A program made the translations under genes and the position numbers. Shown piece by piece: positions 12,756 through 26,257 of a DNA stretch of 64,000 bases. The number at the start of each line of letters is the position of its first letter. The first letter of the stretch is position 1. The DNA lies in assembly GCA_951406725.2 (NCBI GenBank), contig OX597830.1, positions 69,316,001 to 69,380,000 on the forward strand, read 5' to 3'. Source of the stretch: Octopus vulgaris (Eukaryota). Under the pieces are notes generated by a model that saw only the letters and a program-made list of their open reading frames with translations, did no database searches and was not told where the DNA came from.

Positions 12756-13814
12756 AGAACACAGCCTATACAGAAAGGTCTGTTATAGATCCTGAAGGTA
12801 CATAGCTCAGTGGTTAGAGCATTGGGTTCACAATCATGAGGTAGTGAGTTTGATTCCCAGACCAGGCTGTGTGTAGTGTTCTTGAGCAATGCACTTTATT
12901 TCACATTGCTCCAGTTCAATCAGCTACAGAAATGAGTTGTGACATCACTGGTGCCAAGATGTATCAGCCTTCGCCTTTCTCTTGGAGTATATCAGTGGCA
13001 TGGAGAGGGGAAGCTGGTATGCATGGGTGACTGCTGGTCTTCCATAAACAACCTTGCCTGGACTTGTGCCTTGGAGGGTAACTCTCTAGGTGCAATCCCA
13101 TGGTCATTCATGGCTGAAGGGGGCCTCTCTCAGATCCTCACAGAAAGCAACAAGCATCATTACAACTGCTTAAATGGAATCTTACTACAAATAGTAGAAG
13201 ATATTAAGTACAACAACATTATTCTTCTGTTTACCATTATCAAGCAAAAATGAAATAAAAACATCAAAACTAAATAGAAATACCCAAAAATTTTATTCTC
13301 TAAACCCATTGTAAATTCCCTAAAAATTTATTATATTCCACATGGAAAAATTTGCATTTGGTATGAAGTAGATATATAGAATATAAATAACAACAGCGAA
13401 GCTTGTAAAAAAATAGGTAAATATATATCCGTTTTATAAAAACAATACCTTTATACACACACAAACACACAAACATATATATATATACACACACACACAA
13501 CTAAACATACATGCATACATATACATAGATATCATTTATTTAAAGGTCAGTCGGTTGGTCGGTAGGTAGGTAGGTATGTATGCAGATTTGTACGTTTTCT
13601 TTTATGTATGTATTCTCATGCGTATAGTTGCATGTTTAGGCATGCTCATATATACTTACATGATAAACTTTTGGAAAGGTTCACAGATTTTTACAGTTTC
13701 AGTGATAGATTGGATCTGTAGTCTTTGAATTAGCTTTCTCCTTCGTGGTTTTGAGAAGCCTAATTTCTCAAGATTGGTACTTAAGCAGTGTGTTTGTTTG
13801 TTTGTTTGTATCTA

Positions 13815-13845
<31 letters not shown>

Positions 13846-13953
13846 ATGTATGTATGTATGTATGTATGTATGTATGTGCTTCTCTTAGTTTTGTCTAGCA
13901 AATCCACTCTGAAAGCTTTGGTCATGAGTTTATATATATATATATACATATAT

Positions 13954-14256
13954 ATATGAATAAAAAATGGAGTTAACGCAGGTTTAAACAAGTATTTTTA
14001 CTTTCGACACATGTTTTTGCTGCCCTGGTAACTATTTATTTCGAAACATGTGTCGAAAGTAAAAATACTTGTTTAAACCTGCGTTAACTCCATTTTTTAT
14101 TCATATTATTCAAAATATTCAACGTAAACACGAAGTTTCAACCTTTATAAACAAGGAGTTACAACATCTTTACTTGTGAGATTTTTGCTGCCCTGGTAAC
14201 TATTTATTTATTTTTCCGTATTAATTGTTAACAAGGTAAAAATACACTCATCTATT
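13954..14256 (+). mobile_element. (TA)n-flanked fold-back element with 63-bp perfect arms
   Basis: Arms 13954-14016 and 14044-14106; the loop duplicates sequence at about 14182-14209; right arm begins at GAAACATGTGTC. Confidence 0.8.
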
Positions 14257-15659
14257 TATATATATATGTGCGTGACTGTGTTTGTGTACAATGGCTGAAT
14301 TCTAGACTTCTGTGTCGAATATTGCATGTAAATAGTTGCAGTTTGATACACTGAATTGTAAAGTTTTTCTTTTGTGTTTTGCTTCTCATATTTCTGTAGA
14401 CGTCGATCTCTGAGATAAAAAGTTGATTTATAAGAAGTAAATAAATTAGAATTGCATAAGTTAAATAAAATGCAACCAAACAGACACAGAAAGAGCTGCA
14501 TAGTTAAGGGGTGCCCTTGCAGCCATATAACTTTAGTCTTAATGGGCAGCGTCTTGGGCAAGTAGCTTCTATTATAACCCCAGGCCAACCAATGCCTTGA
14601 GATGGAAACTGTGTGGAAGCCCATCAAGAGTGTGTTTCTTTGCGTCTGTGTTTGTTTCCCACCCCAACAAACACACTCAATAAATGGTGATGGTTTGTTT
14701 ATATTTCCATAACTTAGACCAATAGAATAAGTAGACCAATAAAATAAGTACCAGATTTTAAAAATAAGTGCTGTAGTTAATTTGTTCAACTGAAACTCTT
14801 TAAGGCAGTGTCCCAGCATGGCTGCTGTCCAATGATTGAAGCAAGTAAAAGAAGATAAAAGACAGATAGAAAAAAAAAAAAGAATTAATCCTTTTCTCAT
14901 TAGATAAAATTGGGAAATATTGTCCATAAAATAGTTTAGATTTTGCTTAGCAAATTAACGCTTTTCTTACAATATTTCTCACAAAATTAAATGAGAAAAA
15001 AAAAATAGGGAACTGAAATACGTTGCCTTTCTTTCACTCAATTTTGGAAATAATGAAAAATTAATTAAAATATCTGGTGCTTAGAACATAAATTACAACG
15101 AAAATTTAATGAACAATGTTGATTTAAATAATTTTGAATCAGAACATTAGTATCATACACCAAGGGCAGTATCACATGTGTTGATGTGAAAAGGATTATT
15201 TCTCAAACTACAGAATTCAACAAAATTGCCAAAGTTAAGAACATTGAAAACTGATCAGTTTCTATTATAACTGATGAACCACATAGGGGCATGAAATAGC
15301 CCACAAATTAATTAAATTAAAGGATCCAGCATTGGAATAAAAGATTTAATTGTTGTCTGATTTAATACCATTCCCTCAATCTTTGAATTAGTAGGTGGTG
15401 TCCATTTTGCTGCAAAGAAGCAAGGCATATCTTCTCCCCTCCCTCCAACCAATCACAGTGATTTTGAACAAGGGGACATAACTAAAGTCATTTACCCTCT
15501 GATTCAAGTATTCAAGGCCTTTTCTCTCTTTTTTTATCTTCAAGGGATAACCACCCAAAGGTATCAGTATTCATTTAACCTATGGACCTATGGAAGAGTT
15601 GGTTGTTAACATGTTCAAGATAAAATGATATTTCACACACAGGTACATACATACACATT

Positions 15660-15703
<44 letters not shown>

Positions 15704-15784
15704 CTGAGCGCTATACAAATACATCTGTTTGCTTGTACACCACCTGCCTTCATCTTTTGTTTATTTTCGTAAACTTTCCCTTTA

Positions 15785-15786
<2 letters not shown>

Positions 15787-15820
<34 letters not shown>

Positions 15821-15997
15821 CATACATATATATATACACACATATATATATACATACATATATACACACACACATATATATATACATATATACATACATA
15901 TATATATGCATATATATACATGTATATATATGTATATACATGTATATATACATACATATACATACATACATATACATACATACATACATACATACAT

Positions 15998-16072
<75 letters not shown>

Positions 16073-16100
16073 TATACATATACATACATATACATACATA

Positions 16101-16158
<58 letters not shown>

Positions 16159-16230
16159 TATACATATATATACATACATATACATACATATATATACATA
16201 AATATACATACATACATATATACACATATA
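15787..16230. repeat. Compound (TA)n/(TACA)n microsatellite
   Basis: Directly visible; source of the spurious IYIY ORFs. Confidence 0.95.
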
Positions 16231-16617
16231 AAGTTAATCCAAACATGAAAGCACAAAAAACACAACAACGCGAGGACGTGGAACAAATAAAATATTATTG
16301 GACGCTCAGGAAGGAAGGAAAGAAGGAGAGTTAAACATTTCGAGTGGAGCTCTTCATCGGAAACATAGGAGAAGGAAAGATCCAGAGAAGGGAAGACAGA
16401 GGCAAAAAAAAATCGCCAACGGTACACACGCGGTCACATATATATACATATATCTACATACATATATATACATATATATATATATATACATACATACATA
16501 TACATATAATACATATATATCAAAATTATAAAGAAGGGTATTCAAGAGATACCCTTATGCTGCCACTTGATTTTGATCACTATTTAAAATAACGATCTTA
16601 TCTTTATTTATATAGAA

Positions 16618-16684
<67 letters not shown>

Positions 16685-16995
16685 AAGATTCGGTTGAATT
16701 AGGCACCTCGTTAGGTTGGAATAATACACACACACAACAATATTATGTAAATATCAACTTTGGTACAGAAGTACCGACAGCTGAATTTGACCCTGCTGAA
16801 TATATAATCTGCTCTTGAGCTATTCAGATATGGACATTTTATCTGACACACAGTTCATAATAAACTTCAGAATTTGTGAAGGGCATGTTTTGAGATAGGT
16901 CAATAAAATATAGATAAGTAACAATTGAAGAACAGGTGTCGACACCTATCCAACAATTGCTACACCTTCTGTCTTTCATTTGCCATATATATATA

Positions 16996-17130
16996 CCGGA
17001 GTAAACACATAAATGTGAAACAAGGTGGAAAAAAGAGTACTCAAATACCAGAGGTAGAGTAATCTGCTTCACGTGAACGTGAAACTCCGAGTAACAGCTT
17101 TTGTTGAATTTCTGCTGCTTTTAAATAAAG
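16996..17130 (-). mobile_element. Internally deleted copy of the 19428 fold-back family
   Basis: Both termini are shared with 19428-19721 in opposite orientation; flanked by (TA)n; retains acg-tgaa-cgt-GAAACTCCGAGTA-acag. Confidence 0.8.
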
Positions 17131-17245
17131 TATATATATATATATATGTGTGTGTGTGTATGTATGTGTATGTATATAATATGAATAATGTATATATATA
17201 TATATATATATATGCATATATACATACATATATGTACATACTTAC

Positions 17246-17297
<52 letters not shown>

Positions 17298-18360
17298 ACT
17301 TGTTAAAGACTTGTTTTATTTATATTTCCTGAGCGCCATACTAATACAATTGTTCGTTTGTTTTCCACCTGCCTTCGTCTTTTGTTTATTTTCATAAAGC
17401 TTCCCGTTATATATATATATATATATGCATATATGGGTACAGGATGTCAAAATGTAAACAACATGAAATACAAAGGCAAACCAGGGTATGTGAACAACAT
17501 CGAAAACAAGACAAGTAACATAAAGAACGACCCTTCATCAGTTGTCAGCTGTTTATCTACCCCACATTTCGATATATATACATATATATATATGTGTGTG
17601 TGTGTTGAGAGAAAGACAGACAGACCCACACATAGACAAACAGACAGATGTATATGTAAGTATGTGGGTTATGATGTTTTGTGTGCACCTACCTGTGTAT
17701 GTGTACACTTTTACATACACACACACATATATATATATATTTAATAAAGGATGAAATTTCACTGATTCAACATGTTTCATCTTTCATTCTGGCCCCAAAA
17801 GATACAACCTGATGTACCATTAGTGTCAGCTTCTTTTAAATATTCTATCACCGTACAACTTTGCATGGGATGTCTTTTATCTTGAGTTTGCAAGTGCTAA
17901 CATGCTTCCACTTATTATTTATGCATGCATGCATGCATACACACATGCAGACACACACACAAAACACACATGCATAAACGCATACCCATGCAGACAAATA
18001 TCGTAAAATTGATTTTAAAAAAATCTAAGTACAAAGGACTTGCCATTGGGAATGAAAACTCAAACGTTTTGGAAAGAATCCTTCTTCAAGAAGTTGAAAG
18101 GAGAGAGAGGCCCACATGACATGGGACCCTATACTCCTTAAGAATAGCAGCCAGTTTTTCCAACTTCAAGGATGTAAAACTCTTCTATCTTTCATTAATC
18201 TCCCACTCTCCTTTCAACTTTTCCCTGAAGAAACACACCGTCCAAAATTTTGGAGTCTCCACTCCCCATGGAAGATTAACCAGGCCTTTTTCATCAATTC
18301 ATTAATATTATATAAGCCTTGTGAATGCAGGCCAACACCAACTTGTTTGGAGTCTGTTTG

Positions 18361-18686
<326 letters not shown>

Positions 18687-18998
18687 TGTATATCACACTA
18701 ATCTATCATGGCTTTTGAACTTTGTATGTTAATACCCTTTTCCTCCTATTCATTTTCTCATCATGTTTAATCACAAATCCTTCCTCTTCCACCTACACCA
18801 CTGCTTCAAAAATCACTTCTCTTTGCTTCCTTTCTGCTGCCTCCAAACTTGTATTAATATTTCCTTAACCATTCATTTTCTCTCTCTGTTTTTTTTTTTC
18901 TTTTTTTTTTCCATTATCTCTCCACATTGTTCCTGAGCGTCAAACTAATACACTTGTTTGTTGCTCTTCCACTTGTCCGCATCTTTTGCTTCCTTTAA

Positions 18999-19048
<50 letters not shown>

Positions 19049-19084
19049 TACAGACTGCTTATAATGTTGTTTGTACACTTGGTC

Positions 19085-19192
19085 TTAATGGTCCAGGATT
19101 CGCATATTTCCTGACACAATTTTATTTTCCAGGACAGATCCAGATGGTATATCTATTCGGGATCCATGGTTAGCAATTATTATTACAGTACC
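19085..19192 (-). CDS. UGP2: UGP2 terminal coding exon
   Basis: ttttcAG|GGTACT encodes [35 protein letters not shown], the canonical eukaryotic UGPase C-terminus. Confidence 0.96.
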   Translation of the reverse strand, partial: GTVIIIANHGSRIDIPSGSVLENKIVSGNMRILDH

Positions 19193-19427
19193 CTGAAAAA
19201 AAACAAAAAAAAAAACAGATGCACAAAATTAATTACAACACAATATACCAACTGAAATTGCGAAAATAATCTGGTACTTAACTGAGGAAAGAAAACTTTG
19301 AATGACCCGTCCTTGTTTTTTTTTGTATCGTCTATCTGGATGTTTTGTTGTCCCATTTTTGTATCACCTAACTGTCTGGATGTTTTGCGTTCTTGTCCCA
19401 TTTTGTATTTATATATATATATATGTA

Positions 19428-19719
19428 CTTTATTTAAAGCAGCAGAAAATTAAACAAAACCTGTTACTCTGTGTTTCCCGTTGCCGTTCATCGGACATTT
19501 TTTGCTAGAATGGAACTGATATGTCAATTCTATCCAGAGTCTGGATAGAATTGACATATCGGTTCCATTCTAGCAAAAACTGTCCGATGAACGGCAACGG
19601 GAAACACAGAGTAACAGGTTTTGTTTAATTTTCTGCTGCTTTAAATAAAGCAAATTACTCTACCACTGGTATTTGAGTACTCTTTTTTCCACCTTGTTTC
19701 ACATTTATATGTTTACTCC

Positions 19720-19721
<2 letters not shown>
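19428..19721. mobile_element. (TA)n-flanked fold-back element with a 223-bp near-perfect palindrome
   Basis: 111-bp arms 19428-19538 and 19540-19650, 1-nt spacer, 2 mismatches. The tail ...gagtactcttttttccaccttgtttcacattt... is shared with 16996-17130 and 62616-62815. Confidence 0.85.
19580..19617 (+). ncRNA. Minimal hammerhead-like motif in a palindrome arm (mirror copy on - strand at about 19461-19498)
   Basis: ctgt-CCGATGA-acggcaacgg-GAAA-cacagag-TA-acag; same family as 62649-62686. Confidence 0.45.
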
Positions 19722-19755
<34 letters not shown>

Positions 19756-20349
19756 TATATGATATGTATGGAGAAAGAACGAGAGGGAAGGAAGGAAAGA
19801 GAGTCAGAGGGGGTAGATAGAAAAGAGAAAGTGAAGTCTGAATGAGACAGTAAGTTAAATGAAAGGAAGTGAATAGATGTACAGCAGAATATCTGAAAGA
19901 AGATAAAATGAAACTCAAGAAGAAAATAGAGGTAAGTCTGAAGCAAAAGCATATGAATTACTAAGAGAGTGAAGCTAGTGTGATTAGAAGATGAATTCTT
20001 GATACAGTCACAGTATTTGAAGAATGATTTTCTTAATTATTAATTATATGAAAAACTATTTTAAATACAGAATGACACGAAGATTTGGAAGGATGTAAGA
20101 GATAAATAAGAAATGAAAAACATAATCAGAGCACAAAAATTTGAGGAGAATATATATTGGAGATGTAAGAGAAACTAAGTGTGGGGTGTGTGGGGGGATG
20201 CGCATATATGTGTACACTTACATACATACACATATATATACATACACACACATATAAAATGTGTGTACATGTGTATTTATGTGAATAAAGAAGGCAAAGA
20301 AAATGAAAAGAAAATAACAGGAGGAAAAGAAAGAGAAAAAGTAGAGAAA

Positions 20350-20380
<31 letters not shown>

Positions 20381-20441
20381 AAGGAGTTGAATGGGGAAAT
20401 GTCGAAGGATTGTAGGGCTTACTGATATTTAGAATAATTAC

Positions 20442-20546
20442 CTTTAGTACAACTCCTTTTCCAAACGTGACATCACCTGACACAGTGAGATGGTCAAGTT
20501 CTAACATGTCTGGTATACTGGCAAAACGAGCTAAGAACTCTTTCAC
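20442..20546 (-). CDS. UGP2: UGP2 coding exon
   Basis: VKEFLARFASIPDMLELDHLTVSGDVTFGKGVVLK; canonical AG/GT; phase 0/0. Confidence 0.96.
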
Positions 20547-20662
20547 CTGAAAAATCACAGAAATGATTGATGAGAAAAAAAAATTTTAGTAGAAAAATCC
20601 GTTAAAATTTTTTTAAATACAAGAAAATGCAGACCAATACCAACTTGTTTGGAGTCTGTTTA

Positions 20663-20698
<36 letters not shown>

Positions 20699-21152
20699 TA
20701 AGGGTGAGAGAATTAGATACTAATTTAATAGTATATCTATTCAACACCAAGTGGCCCAGTGCTGGATTATTATAATATTTTGTAATATATTATAATATTT
20801 TATACAAAAATAAATATAAGAGAGTGGTCACTATATGGCTCACTCTAGCACTAGTTAATCCAAAAGGTTTCAACCACAAAAATACATGTTTCCCATGAAA
20901 GTCAGTACGATTGTTAGCTCACACGAACAGGGCAAAGTTTAGCCAATAAATTAAGATTAATGTAAAAAATAAAAAATAAGTAACGCTGAAGCAAATTAAC
21001 ACCAAATATATAGTGCGTGTGTTTTTATTGGCTAAACTGGCAAAATGACCATTCCGAAACACAACAACATATATATATTTGTATGTATGTATGTATATAT
21101 GTATGTGTGTATATATGTATATTTGTGTGTGTGTGTGTGTGTGTGTGTGTAT

Positions 21153-21510
21153 ACGAGGGTGAGTCAAAAAGTAATGCCATTTTGTTTAGGACAGGTATAA
21201 TTACCAACACAGGAACATGTACCATACATCAAAATGAAGCTGCTCCTCTGTGGATCACATCCCTATCTCTCGACATAGTCACTGTTTCTCTCAATAGCAA
21301 TGTTCAACCTTCAAATGAGAGCATGTATCCCTGCCCCGTAAAATTCTTTTGACTGTTCTTTGAGCCACTTCTTCACTACCATTTTCACATCCTCATCACT
21401 AGAATAATGTTTACCTCTCAAACCCTCTTTCGTGGCGCCGAAGAGATGATAGTCTGAAGGCGCTAAATCTGGTGAGTGTGGAGGTAGTGAAGAAGTGGTT
21501 CAAAGAACAG
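21153..21510 (-). mobile_element. mariner 3' remnant with TIR
   Basis: TA-CGAGGGTGAGTCAAAAAGT terminus; HSPDLAPSDYHLFG...VVKKWLKEQSKEFYGAGIHAL on the minus strand. Confidence 0.8.
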
Positions 21511-21530
21511 CCAATATCAGCTTTCCACAT

Positions 21531-21759
21531 TTAACCTTTCTGTTTCTATATTTATTTTGGGATGCTCTGTGTTTCTTTCAGTTACTTTAAATATAACAGA
21601 GAATTTAGTAAAATAACTCAGTTATCATTAAGCTAGTGTTAGGAACAAACATTGTGATCAAAGTTTGGTGGAAGATTTTAATTCAAAACTTATGAAAACA
21701 AAATATTTGTACTACAGAGCCAGAGGTGGTTTCAGCCGGGTTGCTAATGAAATGGTTAA
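21531..21759 (+). mobile_element. piggyBac-type MITE copy
   Basis: ttaacctttc...aatggttaa; internal identity to 44946-45175. Confidence 0.7.
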
Positions 21760-21833
21760 TAGAGGTTAAACAATGCACCTTTGGAAAACTTTTGGATACC
21801 CTTCTGTTTGATAAAAAGGAATAAGAATATTAC

Positions 21834-21997
21834 CTTCTGAAAAGTTGCTCCGAGTTTTACCAATGGTACAGATGGAAAGGAGCGTTTTGTACTCATCTCA
21901 AGTGCTCCTGTTTTCATGGTATATAAATTACTCATAACCAATAAAAGATCAGAGGTTGTTTTTACCGGACGAAACCGTTTCCGTGGAACATTGATGC
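21834..21997 (-). CDS. UGP2: UGP2 coding exon
   Basis: ttttcAG|GC encodes (G)INVPRKRFRPVKTTSDLLLVMSNLY...PLVKLGATFQK; donor GTAATA. Confidence 0.95.
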
Positions 21998-23123
21998 CTG
22001 AAAACAGAAAATATCTGATATTAAGAATATAGCGTACAATGATGGTGGTGATTATGATGATGATGATGATTAGGATAGGCAGAATCGTTAGCAAGCCGGG
22101 CGAAATGCGTAGCCGTATTTCTTCTGCCGTTACGTTCTGAGTTCAAATTCCGCCGAGGTCAACTTTGCCTTTCATCCTTTCGGGGTCGGTTAAATAAGTA
22201 CCAGTTACGCACTGGGGTCGATATAATCGACTTAATCTGTTTGTCTGTCCTTGTTTGTCCTCTCTGTGTTTAGCCCCTTGTGGTCAGTAAAGAAATAGAT
22301 ATTGTTCACTGTAGCATTAATAGTAATTGTGGTGATGGCGGTAGTGGTGGTGGCAGTAGTGGTGGTTGTATTGGTGATGGTGGTGGTTGTGGTGGTAGTA
22401 GTGGTGATGAAAGCACAGATGGTCACAGTGGTGGTTGTCATAGTTGTTGTGGTGGTGCAGTCGTTGTCATTGTCATCATAGTGGTGATGGTGGTTGGGGT
22501 GGGGGTGATGACCATGGTGGTTGGCAGTGGTCACAGCTGTGGTGGTAGTGATATGTTTGTGGTGATGGTTGTGATGGTTGTAGTTTTAGCTCATGTCAGT
22601 CCTCATTAAATAAACCTATGACCTATAATGACAACAAAACATTTATTTCCTGACCAAAACCTTACTTTACCCTTCTTCAGCAAGGACCCTAGCGACCACA
22701 ATGACATGGCCTTCTTTATTTCAGATAAAGGGGTTGAGATTCAAAGAGCTGAGAGGTATGTTGCTGCTAATTCTAGCAGATCACTGACCGGCCATGTAAA
22801 GGCAACAGGTAAGTAGTAATAATAGCTATATCTCAGAAGAGACACTGTGACAGATATTTTAATAATAAGGTAAATTAGCGATTACAAATATACCAGAATA
22901 TTAAGGTAGCATAAAAGCAAGACTGTGAAGGGCAATGAGGAAGGGATCACAGTGATATTGACCCCCACTAATTATAGAGTGAGGGTTGTGGGTCTATTTC
23001 ATTACTGGAGAATGTCTAATGACTTGTTTTTACCCCTACCTTTCATGAGCTATTTGTACCTGGTGGTTAAAGTGTAAAGCACACACATAGACACATGCAC
23101 ATGTAAGCACACTCATATATACG

Positions 23124-23169
<46 letters not shown>

Positions 23170-23271
23170 ACAGAAAAACAGAGAGAGAGAGAGAGAGAGA
23201 GATGAACAGACATGTATACACATACACCCAAATATATACATACATGCAGAAACGTATAAATATTATACATA

Positions 23272-23377
<106 letters not shown>

Positions 23378-25379
23378 TTCATACACATGTAGTATACAGA
23401 TACATATTTGTAAACATATATATGTGAGTTTGTGCATGCGCACAAATGTGTGTGAGTGTTTGTGCATGAGCACACATGTGCATGTGTATGGTGTGTGTGT
23501 GTGTGTGTGTGTGTGTGGTATGTGTGCGTGTGTTTGTGTGCATAGCTCTTAACAGAGGACCAGGGATATGACATATATGTACACACACTCACACACACAC
23601 TTACAACTAGTGGCTATTGTTTATACCCACACACAAACACACAAGCCTATAAGTTAGTGTTGGAAATTAGACCCACACAGCTATTATTAGTGATCAGCAT
23701 GACATATTCAAATATTCATATGGATATAAATGAACTTAGGTAAACCTTCTAAAAGTAGACTTTCATACTTGACTTTACAGTAGGAAAATGTGAATATAAG
23801 AATGCATCTCTCTCTCTCTCTCTTTCTCTCTTTCTGTATAGGAGTGGCTGTGTGGTAAGTAGCTTGCTTACCAACCACATGGTTCGGGGTTCAGTCCCAC
23901 CACGTGGTACCTTGGGCAAGTGTCTTCTGCTACAGCCTTGAGCCGACCAAAGCCTTGTGAGTGGATTTGGTAGACGGAAACTGAAAGAAGCCCGTCGTAT
24001 ATATCTATATGTATATATATGTATGTGTGTGTATATGTTTGTGTGTCTGTGATTGTCCCCCCAACATCGCTTGACAACTGATGTTGGTGTGTTTACATCC
24101 CCATAACTTAGCGGTTCGGCAAAAGAAACCGATAGAATAAGTACTAGGCTTACAAAGAATAAGTCCTGGGGTCCTCCTCCCATTCATTTTACAAGTTCAG
24201 CAGTCTTTCATAATGGCTTCTCCAAGCCTCTTTCGTTTCTGAATTGCTAAAAGCAAGTCCACCATCATCCATGCGGACACATTTCTCTGGCTGGGGTCAA
24301 TTAGCATGATTTTGAAAATACACATAAATCTCGTTTGTTGAGTTTTGGTCCCACACCCAACCCAGTTCTGCACAATCAGTGTCATGACAGGAACGCATGG
24401 GTTGGGAGTTTGACTGGCAGAGGTGATCAAGTTGCAGCCCTTTTGACACCTAACCCACTTGTCCTATGAGTGAATAGCAATGGTGGTAAGAAAAGTGTTG
24501 AATTTGGTGAAAAGGCAGAGCAATTAGAGCACAAAAAGTAGCATTCAAAGTGATCTTTTGAGCAAGTAACACAATAAGGTCAATAGTTATAAGTTCATGA
24601 TGCATAAAAGTACATAAGACATCAAAGTTAATTAAGGTATAAATAATAGGTATGCTTTTTTGCCAGAAGGCTAATTGGGCTCCTGATCCACTGAAATGGA
24701 GGTGGTTAGGCTCGGAACACAACTAAGCCTTCAACTAAAACCTAGACTAACCTTAAGGAAGGGGGCTCGGGAGCCTCTAATTGGCAGCTTCTAATCCCAA
24801 TATGTCACTAACCCACCCTAGGGATTCTAAATAACATGGCTGTAGAGGAAATTGGCTGTGGAGATGTGCATGGAGGGTTTGTTTCGGAGGAGGACGACTG
24901 CATTGGATTAAGGACCATTGAAGAATGTAGCTTTGGAGATCCTAACTCGTTAATTATTCCTTGCATTTCTCAAATCAAAAAAGCATATACGTTTGAAAGG
25001 CAAAACACATGATAACGTGTTTTCACAAAACACAAAAATGCACTGAGTCATACAGACTGTCTGCAAATGCGCACGTGCATTCAACTGTCAAGGGTAAAAT
25101 TATCTCCGTCCAATCAAAAAACAGCTGGCAGTCTATTGGCGTATCTAGTTGTACACACGCACTGCATACAAATTTCTATGTTTTTTGTGATTTTGAATGG
25201 ATATGCCCATAACTTATGTGCATAAGTATATCGATATTTTTAATGGCTTTCTGGGGTGACTGGGGAAATGAAAACTTCTTCATGAGCACCCGCAGACAAT
25301 TTTGAAAGCCCATAGAAAATGCGAGCCTTTTAAGTGAAAAACTGTGAATTTGTATAAAGAACACACAGACATTTTACCT

Positions 25380-26053
25380 ACTTGCGAAGACCTGTTGAGG
25401 AAAGTGAAATCAAAAATCAAAAATCAAAATCAATTTGATTACTGGTGTCCGTGCTAGCGGGGTTCAAAGAGCACCATACGAGTGTGATCACTGACAGAGT
25501 GGCTAACCAGCTTCCGTGCCAGTGGCACTTAAAGAGCACCATTCGAGTGTGATCACTGACAGAGTGGCTAACCAGCTTCCGTGCCAGTGGCACTTAAAGA
25601 GCACCATTCGAGTGTGATCGTTACCAGTGTTGCACTACTGGCACTCGAGCCCCGTGCTAGTAGGGTATTAAGAGCACCATCTGAGCATGATCATTGCCAG
25701 AGCGGCTATCTGGCCTCCATGCCTATGGCACATAAAAAATACCATTCGAGCAGGAAACACCATTCGAATGGGATCGTTACCAGCATCGCCTTACTGGCAC
25801 CCGTGCCGGTGGCATGTGTAAAAGATTCGAGCGAGGTCGTTGCCAGTGCCACCTGGCTCCATGCTGGTGGCATGTAAAAGCACCCACTACACTCTCGGAG
25901 TGGTTGGCATTAGGAAGGGCATCCAGCTGTAGAAACTCTGCCAAATCAAGATTGAAGCCTGGTGCAGCCATCTTGTTCGCCAGCCCTCAGTCATACGTCC
26001 AAACCATGCTAGCATGGAAAGCGGACGTTAGATGATGATGATGATGATGATGA
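25380..26053 (+). mobile_element. Family D element with an internal 65-bp tandem duplication
   Basis: The unit gagtgtgatcactgacagagtgg...accattc repeats at 25480-25544 and 25545-25609; (GAT)n tail. Confidence 0.75.
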
Positions 26054-26117
26054 TATATTATATATATTATATATATATTATACATATGATATATATAAAT
26101 ATATATATATAATATAC

Positions 26118-26148
<31 letters not shown>

Positions 26149-26190
26149 TATGTATTATATATAAATATAGATAGATAGATAGATAGATAC

Positions 26191-26243
<53 letters not shown>

Positions 26244-26257
26244 CAGACAGATAGATA

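Noticed and set aside
14256-14927. 223-aa ORF on the - strand
   Set aside because: Spans a degenerate SINE A copy and AT-rich filler; no recognisable domain.
22232-22609. Thr/His/Gly-rich ORFs (also 50820-51461)
   Set aside because: Degenerate trinucleotide tracts inside UGP2 introns.
24173-24450. 77-aa ORF 24197-24430 as a possible exon
   Set aside because: Another frame gives EKCVRMDDGGLAFSNSETKEAWRSHYERLLN, resembling an RTE LINE fragment; the UGP2 model is complete without it.
25480-25830. Regularly spaced repeats resembling a CRISPR array
   Set aside because: Eukaryotic context; the units are internal tandem repeats of retroelement family D without unique spacers.
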